The notes under the pieces are model-generated. The model had not been told where the DNA came from, did not search any database, and worked only from the letters and a program-made list of their open reading frames with translations. A stretch of DNA of 64,000 bases from a virus (lineage: Duplodnaviria > Caudoviricetes), in IMG/VR virus record IMGVR_UViG_3300032327_000348, positions 32,001-96,000 of that record; one strand, 5' to 3'. A program made the translations under genes and the position numbers. Shown one piece after another: positions 60,001 through 64,000 of this stretch (position 1 is its first letter; each line of letters opens with the position of its first letter).

Positions 60001-63000
60001 TTTGATTTAGTCTAAAGTCAACAAAGTTATTATCTAATACACCACCAAACTCGCCGGTTTTAATAGCCCAATTGTCATAGATATCATAGTCAATGCCACC
60101 TTGTGATAAATTAATACCTTTAAAGTTTTTAGCAGCAATTCTAGTACCTTTTTCTTCAATTAAGTTTTTATAAACATTAACTTGAGTAATGTCAGTTAAA
60201 TCTGCTAGAGCCATATAATCACGAGGACGATATCCAATTAATGACCAGCTTAACAAATCTGCATCTTTACTTAAGTTAGGAGTATTTGTATTGTAATACA
60301 ATATACTTTCGTAACTGCGTGTACTTGAGTTTGGTAATAGTCCTTTTTGAATTTCATTATAATCAGTTTCTTTCCAATATCTACCATCAAACGTCATGCT
60401 TGGCTCTAATACTTTCAATGAAACCCAATATTTATTCTTATATTTTACTATGACACCTTTGGTGTACTTTGTAATATTATTCCACTCTTGTATATTATCT
60501 TGATTAAGAATAAATCCTTGTGCATCAATCGTACCGTTCCAATCGGCAGTTTTAGTACCACGTGCAATGATTCGAGTTTGACGTAAACCGGTAACTAAAT
60601 TATAAATGATATCATTGAACAATGTTACATTATTAAATACTATTCCATGTTCAAAATTACTAATATTAAATTGACCATAGGCAACTGTATCTCCTTCATT
60701 TAGAGGTTTTGCTGAAAATAATGTATCATCTCTAACAACAGACAAATCTACTGATTGTATAGGATACAAGTTTTGATTTAGAATAAAATTCTGTCGTTGC
60801 AGTGTTAATGGTTGTACGACACAACTATCTTTTTGAATAGTAATCAAGTTGGCAGCAGGGTTTAAGTTAATTAAACTACCTTGGCCCCAACCAGACAGTG
60901 TCCAGTATAGATATTCTGCAACCATCTGATTCCAGTTAATATCTAAACCAGATTCAATTTGGTCAAACAATACACCCTGAGTTGTTAGGTAGTTGCCATA
61001 ACTTCCGATAAATTGAGCTAAATCTTGTTTCGATACAAATTCAGTACCATATGGTACTAATATTTCACTGTTTTCAAAATAATCTTTTGCCACTTGAACA
61101 GATTCATTTTCAACTCTTACTAAATTATAGTTACCATTGATCTTTGGTTTACTTACAGTAAAGTACGCTTTATTTTGTGAGTTGCCAAATACTTTCCATC
61201 CACTACCTGAATTTTGTACAATAATACTACTGTATATGATTTTGTTGAATGGAGTGTTGTCATATAGTAATATGTCTAAACTTTCAGCAGGTATCAATAA
61301 TGATGCATTGTTACTGTTGGGGGTTCCCTTTTCAACATAAAAGTTAACAAGTGTTTTGTCGGTAAAACCAGCAACACGGTATATTAAGCGAACATCCAAG
61401 TTGTCTAACAAGTCAGTAGTTGTCTGTGTTGAATCTATGCCAACTTGTTTTTCATAATCTATTATCCAATTAATGTAACTGGTTTTAGCAATACCATTTC
61501 CGTATAATTCAACATCACTGATTATTAAATGAGTTCTATCATTAACTAAAAATTGATTAAATTCTTCATTGTATTTGTAGTTATCAACATCAACTCCCAA
61601 ATTGTAGAATTTAGCAGGTTTAGTCAATTCCATAATCTTCATTAGATCGAACGGCCATGTGCTGCTTCTACGATATGCGAATTCAGTTGGTGAAACATCT
61701 CCTACTTTCCAATCATTACGGAAACTTCTATCATTATAGTTCCCCACAATAGAATCAAACGGTGATACTAAATTGCCTTGGCTGTCAACTGGTAACACTT
61801 CTAATAATTGTGGTCTAACACATTGTGCCACTACAACAGGGTCGCCATTGTTCCAATTAATGCCGGCTGCTAAATCACCCCATAACACTAAGTTATCGCT
61901 TGTATATGGTGCAGGACCATATCGTGTCTCCCACCATGTGGGTTGATCAGTAAATCCAATCATCTCCCATGGAGCTATATCAGGTTGTGATGTATCATAG
62001 AAGTATTGATATATACCTCTCCAATAGCCTTGAGGAATTTGAGCATTATTTATTTTGTTCCCAGATTGGTTATAATTGTATGAAAATTGATTAGTAGAGG
62101 TATAACCTGTATGTAATTTATATTCAACACGATTCTGACCAACCCAATTTAAGAAAAATTGACTATAAATTGATAAAAATTCATCATATGAATAATCAGT
62201 TGTTCTGAAGAACCCAGGAACAACATCATAGTCTCTTATAGGAATAATATTACTTAATTTTAAATTATTATAAATTCTAGTTTCAAATTCAAATAACACT
62301 TTATCCCTAAAGTCTATTAAGTTGCCGTCAATGTATTCACCATATAATTTTGTATATGAACCGTCGTGACCACGTATAAAATAAGTAGGATTGGTATAAT
62401 TATCATCTAGTATTACTTCAGGAATAAAAGAAGGATATAATCCCAACTTAGTTGGTGTGTTTGGAACATATGAACCATATGTTTGATAATATTCTTTGAC
62501 AGTAATAATGTCATTTGGTAATAGGTCAGTCTCTACAGTAAGTGACGGGCTGGTTGTGCTAATAGTGTAATCTACTCCACTCACTAATTGTGTGATACTG
62601 GTGTAATTATTCAATGTTCTTGTTAGGTACACTAACACGCCATAATAATTTGATGTACTAAAATTGTATATTCTACTTAATGGATATCTACTAACATCTA
62701 ATGAATTTGCAAATGTATATGAATTCGTTACATATGGTGATTTGTTAGGTAACATATCAGACCAGAAAAACGGAGCAGTGTCTGTTTTAGATATAGTAAT
62801 TTGATCTAATGCATCATCTAGCATTGTTGCCGGTGATTGGTATACATTATATTCTGTTTTATTAACTGTATCTACTAATAAAGTTTTAAACAAAATATAT
62901 TGATTACTGTTATATTGCAAGGCATCTGTTAAATTAACCCCGGGCTTTCTTAAGAAAGTGGCAGGTAATACCAACGATGCACTATTTTGAATAATTTTGT

Positions 63001-64000
63001 TGCCCCATGGCACAAGATTACCCAAATCACGATAATTGTTTGAACCAAATACCACTCCAGTAGTATTTGGATTATTATAAAAAATACTTTGATATTGGTT
63101 GCGAATATCACCCACGTTAGCAGTAGTGATATCTGTATTAAATGGATTGTTTTGTAAGTTGTCAGGTATCTGATAATACGCAGTTTTACTTACTTGATCG
63201 CTAAGTATTGCAATTTCTATTACAGTGTCAACGTTAACTTCCGGAACAACAAAATTAATTACAGTAGAATTAGAATCAATTATATATGTATAATTAGTTG
63301 TATCTTGTAAAACATTGTTTAGATAAACTTGAATATTAGGCCATACTGTATCTGTTGCTGCCGCTACATCACATGTATAAATAAATGTTCCACTACCAGC
63401 TACATAATTAAATGAGAATATTTGATATTGACGGCTCTCCGCAACCGCTGTTTGCCAACCCAATTCTCTAGTGCGAGTATTTAAATCACTATAATTGTGA
63501 ACATATCCTGTGTTGACTTTTTGAGTAATTGGTGTTGAGCCGCGCACATAGTTAAATTCTGCTGAATTTAATGGCACATCAAAACTTATATCACCTACAT
63601 TATTTACAGAACTATATCGTAGTGGAAATCCTAATACAATATCATTAATTCCCGATCCAATACCAAAACTGAATAACTTATTACCTTTAAAAGATGAGCC
63701 GGTGTATAATTCTTTGTCTCCAAAACTTATTCCATCTTTATCAAATACATCAAACAATGGTGCTTGATTTACTGTTATTTTTTGTTGACCTTCCTGCCAT
63801 TGATTTGCTAATACTTCAGGATCATTATTGAAATAGTAATAAAAATCTTTACCTTGATTGTAATAGCCTTTATAAGTAACAGTACCTTCATTTTCTAATA
63901 CTAGTCCGTCATCGGCTTCGGTTAATGTTATGATAGGAGTTGATCCAGAAATACTTGAAAGGCGCACTACATAAATTTTGTTTTTTACATTAACATTTGT
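48038..64000 (-). CDS. Giant virion structural protein (baseplate/tail-associated), >5320 aa, 5' end outside the window
   Basis: The frame is open upstream of the track's GTG (63967) to 64000. Contains FG-GAP-like and BNR-like (TSxNGxxW) repeats and about 12 copies of a PxxFxGxxFGGxxxxxxYYxxxxxxxxxFTIS module. Confidence 0.85.
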   Translation of the reverse strand, partial: TNVNVKNKIYVVRLSSISGSTPIITLTEADDGLVLENEGTVTYKGYYNQGKDFYYYFNNDPEVLANQWQEGQQKITVNQAPLFDVFDKDGISFGDKELYTGSSFKGNKLFSFGIGSGINDIVLGFPLRYSSVNNVGDISFDVPLNSAEFNYVRGSTPITQKVNTGYVHNYSDLNTRTRELGWQTAVAESRQYQIFSFNYVAGSGTFIYTCDVAAATDTVWPNIQVYLNNVLQDTTNYTYIIDSNSTVINFVVPEVNVDTVIEIAILSDQVSKTAYYQIPDNLQNNPFNTDITTANVGDIRNQYQSIFYNNPNTTGVVFGSNNYRDLGNLVPWGNKIIQNSASLVLPATFLRKPGVNLTDALQYNSNQYILFKTLLVDTVNKTEYNVYQSPATMLDDALDQITISKTDTAPFFWSDMLPNKSPYVTNSYTFANSLDVSRYPLSRIYNFSTSNYYGVLVYLTRTLNNYTSITQLVSGVDYTISTTSPSLTVETDLLPNDIITVKEYYQTYGSYVPNTPTKLGLYPSFIPEVILDDNYTNPTYFIRGHDGSYTKLYGEYIDGNLIDFRDKVLFEFETRIYNNLKLSNIIPIRDYDVVPGFFRTTDYSYDEFLSIYSQFFLNWVGQNRVEYKLHTGYTSTNQFSYNYNQSGNKINNAQIPQGYWRGIYQYFYDTSQPDIAPWEMIGFTDQPTWWETRYGPAPYTSDNLVLWGDLAAGINWNNGDPVVVAQCVRPQLLEVLPVDSQGNLVSPFDSIVGNYNDRSFRNDWKVGDVSPTEFAYRRSSTWPFDLMKIMELTKPAKFYNLGVDVDNYKYNEEFNQFLVNDRTHLIISDVELYGNGIAKTSYINWIIDYEKQVGIDSTQTTTDLLDNLDVRLIYRVAGFTDKTLVNFYVEKGTPNSNNASLLIPAESLDILLYDNTPFNKIIYSSIIVQNSGSGWKVFGNSQNKAYFTVSKPKINGNYNLVRVENESVQVAKDYFENSEILVPYGTEFVSKQDLAQFIGSYGNYLTTQGVLFDQIESGLDINWNQMVAEYLYWTLSGWGQGSLINLNPAANLITIQKDSCVVQPLTLQRQNFILNQNLYPIQSVDLSVVRDDTLFSAKPLNEGDTVAYGQFNISNFEHGIVFNNVTLFNDIIYNLVTGLRQTRIIARGTKTADWNGTIDAQGFILNQDNIQEWNNITKYTKGVIVKYKNKYWVSLKVLEPSMTFDGRYWKETDYNEIQKGLLPNSSTRSYESILYYNTNTPNLSKDADLLSWSLIGYRPRDYMALADLTDITQVNVYKNLIEEKGTRIAAKNFKGINLSQGGIDYDIYDNWAIKTGEFGGVLDNNFVDFRLNQNELTGNPAIVGLSNGTFTDGVQQEVPLYSIFNYGRPITNPNVLPTFTTNVPNTLFPDSGYVNFNDITTYGYYYNDLNLAQTPLSQLYVGEYVWVADYNGTWQVYTPISNGNLIQVINNLNGSVTLQFAEPHNLTKYQTIAIINFNDAVNGYRIVQSVVDNYRVTVALSLVSTLPKLTGNGIVMRFESQRVSQPSDIINLPLLNTEFVKNKVWVDTNTDGDWAVYRKDINYQFDLELLKTGSETFGSAVATTSDLGYLVCDSDLGVAYRYTYNPVFDRYDLVQTLTGSTSFGSSIGYAGVTFAISQPTGILLADRKVKIYSLITTNEVNELQLLQTIQAPTGITNWGTKTELSGDENWLFIGAYEQNQCYVYRKSQITGLYEYSTVITLSDLTTDDNFSFSIATNYYGNTIVVGAPSVDSGIINNTGASYVFERLMQNFEVRFTSQPFVPQPFDLAFTPGTRISTGTSISSNAITLSSVQGLSDGVNGTPVIFTGNVFGSIALDQVYYVKSIVGSTITLSLTRNGPTLSLTNSSGTMSMVAQTEPIYVSVNGTLIDDNNYATNGSTLSVYQSLNAGDILTVSGSTFVLIQQFIAPGALTIGQQYGYSADLDTYGNELLIGSPFQINTENKEGAIYRYTDGGGSYGVIRGVIDCQVTSASTILLNGYAVTVPVGNASTVAAAIAAANITNITATAIDNKLIISLINIDLATINDKLDIATLSGNTMYELGISKYTLTQTITDPHPAGRTQFGTVIKFNDNGSFITSAPASARYEATTFDLTDDDNYNNDLLFDNNTTQFIDIARNAGAVYMFDYVENYNESLTNVGQFIYAQSVNALNSNYGSQPYYGTALDFNDNTVIVGTPNFRPGYNNGQAIIYTNATGQTNWSVYRQSETTVDINGIQNAQLYSASTNNTLINLDYFDPLQGKILGVVAENLDIISNADPASYNSPNVTESSASVWGSKQVGKLWFNTSTTKFVNYHQNDDVVYNSKWWGRVFPGSQVTIYSWITSNVVPAEYAGTGTPLSITDYSIEYVLNSTGAITPVYFYWVRNTNIVFNQIGKTLSDTICEAYITSPQASGIAYFSPIQSDVMGLYNTDEYVNSTDTVMHIGFATGTNDDVSHSIYSLIRSNYPDDFLPGLPAATNLPPLSLYDRMLDSLSGVDESGAIVPDPYLPKPVQSGILVRPRQGFFYSRFGALKNYLTLANQELAKIPFTETQSSKFLYTTGPINPSTGLPFYETTDYWEYVNWWATGYNDNTKSAMLVESYYQLATINAQNGLIVTVNKNGAGFQETYRYDSTLSTWVRIGLQNGTIQFKSSLWDYGTARLGFGDNFFDTTPFDTYPSEETRSITRFLNEELPGEIFYFRNQGLILLFNYIMSETIESQNYLPWLNKTSFIDVAHTIRELLPLEVFQSDNQEFLAGYINEVKPYHVVVKDFLFKYTGTALWAGDITDFDLPAQYNTSLQQYITPQLVNANPSSDNQYLPTDNIWQDPAYNNWFNNYGVSITGVNGYPITTLASYLTLNSNSMAVDNIYGFPINGVIKIYDPMDPETDLGKKAYELIAYSSVDRAYGTLNGLTRGVNETPISNHLPGQQIYIDLPAVLVLNGGRGYANPPKVTAYIDTSIYPAPRTEAILQPVMNLDQLLRIDVIDPGDGYVVLPEIIIEPSSVITFPSIDVDVTNNTIAIQNQLIQTGDLIKYYVGNDTTAIGGVTNKQYYYVNVLESVPTYVVALYTSYADALKDHNRVVFLNAGSGVNNNLAISARASCVTNSLPIRENITTLRYDRTTYTSQITDWTSGNFYGSFYAGQFENTEQVASSSLSLESSQPNIDTVLASAQGATFEIQNIRNDEVINWSSRTRDITSINTATNVITLTPPSSTETNASGSTIGFYIGMPVKFSGSVTGNIVIGTTYYITELLSETEFKINLSMSGTTVLPAGLTMIVGEVSNNAVVTIQYPGILATTNTEKTTNFVKIPLNSSGICGTTGFYTGVPIFFTGDVFGGVIENENYYVTTVIDNQTFTMSSTNTPTVLTVEATEDSGDYVVLSEIGDLDINTPVIITGAVFGGIVSGQLYYVASINYSASKITLSTSINGGVITLTSATGTATLTSQQDVVQLTTDTGIMYCNVGLPISPGQINGQQFTFYGTSGKYTNSGAGYSGTNSNLIDRSTVATVSGSNYLYLGSLSGGTTNIYINMPFRLSASTGGLTAGTTYYIKSLGVITTEVTSSNTGTEEYTCANTTGFYEGMPVSFTGGVFGGVVEFVTYYIKSVVSSTKFTISETPGGATFNLTGDNGSMTLTADNPFVTVSATIGGSVVSLTDNFSATSTLTQYPTSTPTFFINYKAGGYSVTINTAGSGFAYNNNITIAGSNVGGTTGINDIVINVSGINEPGLNYNPSLSYGAITSTIISGTPPGLNEKYYLKVISPTELEVYFNPLLTVPVNGNTLGAIYTGVKSTTVTAVTASNDRLTVTSSDEFELNDPVVFTGNVYEELTLGQTYYIKSKPTATTVTISTTIGGSTLNFTGTTTGLSFTMAKSGDYVFLPEPFYFNQSIVRYNNRLYQCIVSNNDTEFVIGKWELLDSGDRRLNELDRIIGYYNPTVNMPGRDLTQLVTGITYPGSVYMDNAFPPTEEFLLDTELQDQPFYPATINNMSVLWDGTKYISISTSPTYSALITSATGDNWLLTKLSNNPVSLTDIYYNGTRYVITTNNSATPIYTSTNGLVYTTGPSLIVPSNSLNTVSSNGGVWVAVGENVITSTDTITWLETYKLSNTGYFADVVYTTAGFTGWLIIGNQTVNGVEQTIILRSTDNGITWNIINENITTVITSAYVNAITTSDSLVAIVGNNGQIFTSTDGSQTNIEQISGTSENLVDIVYGNGKFIAVGNNGTILTSSNGSSWTTETSTTTNNLNSVSYNETVDEFIIVGDNNTILISSGSDVTTWTPKALFIQEEPVYTVQGDSFTEGYGPEELVPGVVTDNLTMIVTTRPGTNWDVGQYGHTGFLVVSAEITPSYPQTEYSFLNVVQNPAFIAVYDIDPSTSLSRRIYETYDYTVNWVLKTITLNDTLAPNHILGIDLYEVGNGDQLQRSNSQTVPFIDNTDTGFVEIVLSCNYSANKFNGNGLIRPGTEPIQIECTRTEETIDTITCVDVSNLTLNQPIQFQGLVFGGIELDQTYYIKTISYVNNKITISLPPLISGIAGPTYPLTNATGSMQLIKQLGTGIVWTDPLVTHNGNKLTLGESGVVTQTKSFTNSIVVNTAITIDINDPIVFSDYIFGGLLPHTTYYVNSIVDSNEFTVSSTLGGSIESLTDATGFASFITNDFAISQADIGPTAKLMFANNYTQSDDFVTFAVLGETSPIQYGYSIPTTQLYVSLGGETQLLLTNYIGGTNPENAIVEVNGLRLTNQSQYTIDLFTQTLYLTNSLTDGDILAVTTYNSTERQYLNTTLGGTYRVSNIVAINNDITSPSGVTNVTGSTVPYTLTAISTSGFISASSGTYQPIIFKNSTGEPGAGGVLTDGTVYWVDTVINDTDFTISETPGGAAFVVDGSSDIMIAYAGGNPTTTITTGVPHNLQQNEVVRIDGLTGAEQLNNNTYYAHIITDTEIGLYLSPYLPENYQNNNPVTGVSNWSSEGYVWLDKQFTLISATAISSSAVDNTITVRSLENIVIDTPVYFSGTVFGGIVEGTKYFIKSIDYVYNKITLSTTYQGSTLSITTYTGDDTMGVAMWEQINVDRIWVTVNGYRVPSSALYLNPNNNLSILTTIVPGDLVVITNMIPTSTPDELTYINNVNQSNVPNVYRATTLNTTWLTEPLSYTDDVIYVEDVTKITTNVVQNETVPAIANGVYTIGLDADKRIISQVIVVNNTTSTTLPNSAYSVQIVNTAPVVEITSDVSTGDSVTITVILGNLIYVDGEQIKFTTVNFNENSLSGLQRGSNGTGERYYIPAYEKVYGILSTNRLPQVNYNLTWNSYNYNPTLGDPLQISNTTAANFLNAEF

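Noticed and set aside
1-64000. Alternative genetic code (stop-codon reassignment seen in some large phages)
   Set aside because: Core genes and a 16-kb ORF are intact under the standard code and coding density is high.

Overview
A 64-kb, AT-rich, gene-dense segment of a large T4-related (myovirus/jumbo-type) dsDNA phage. Lipoproteins and spanin-like genes point to a Gram-negative host. Nearly all genes lie on the minus strand, and the standard genetic code fits. From left to right: (1) a recombination module (uvsY, uvsX/recA, gp32 SSB); (2) putative head-internal proteins; (3) a terminase large subunit fractured into two genes by an atypically split intein (33-aa IntN, 111-aa IntC), with a GIY-YIG homing endonuclease between the halves; (4) virion and lysis genes, a nucleotide-sugar epimerase with a DegT aminotransferase, and thyA; (5) an early region with sigma70 promoters and a MoxR-type AAA+ ATPase with a metallopeptidase-vWA partner; (6) a circularly permuted two-piece tmRNA, not shown in the ORF track, with the unusual tag ANDSQFLLAANA; (7) a ~21-kb modification island with 8 radical SAM enzymes (one B12-dependent), a carbamoyltransferase, sulfotransferase-like, SGNH-like and glycosyltransferase-like proteins, and a 1301-aa repeat/pseudo-glycosyltransferase protein; (8) tail/baseplate genes, including a >5300-aa protein cut off by the window end. 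A T4-like late promoter core (ATAAATA and variants) precedes many genes and often overlaps hairpins that cover the ribosome-binding site. All product calls come from reading motifs by eye. No database searches were run.
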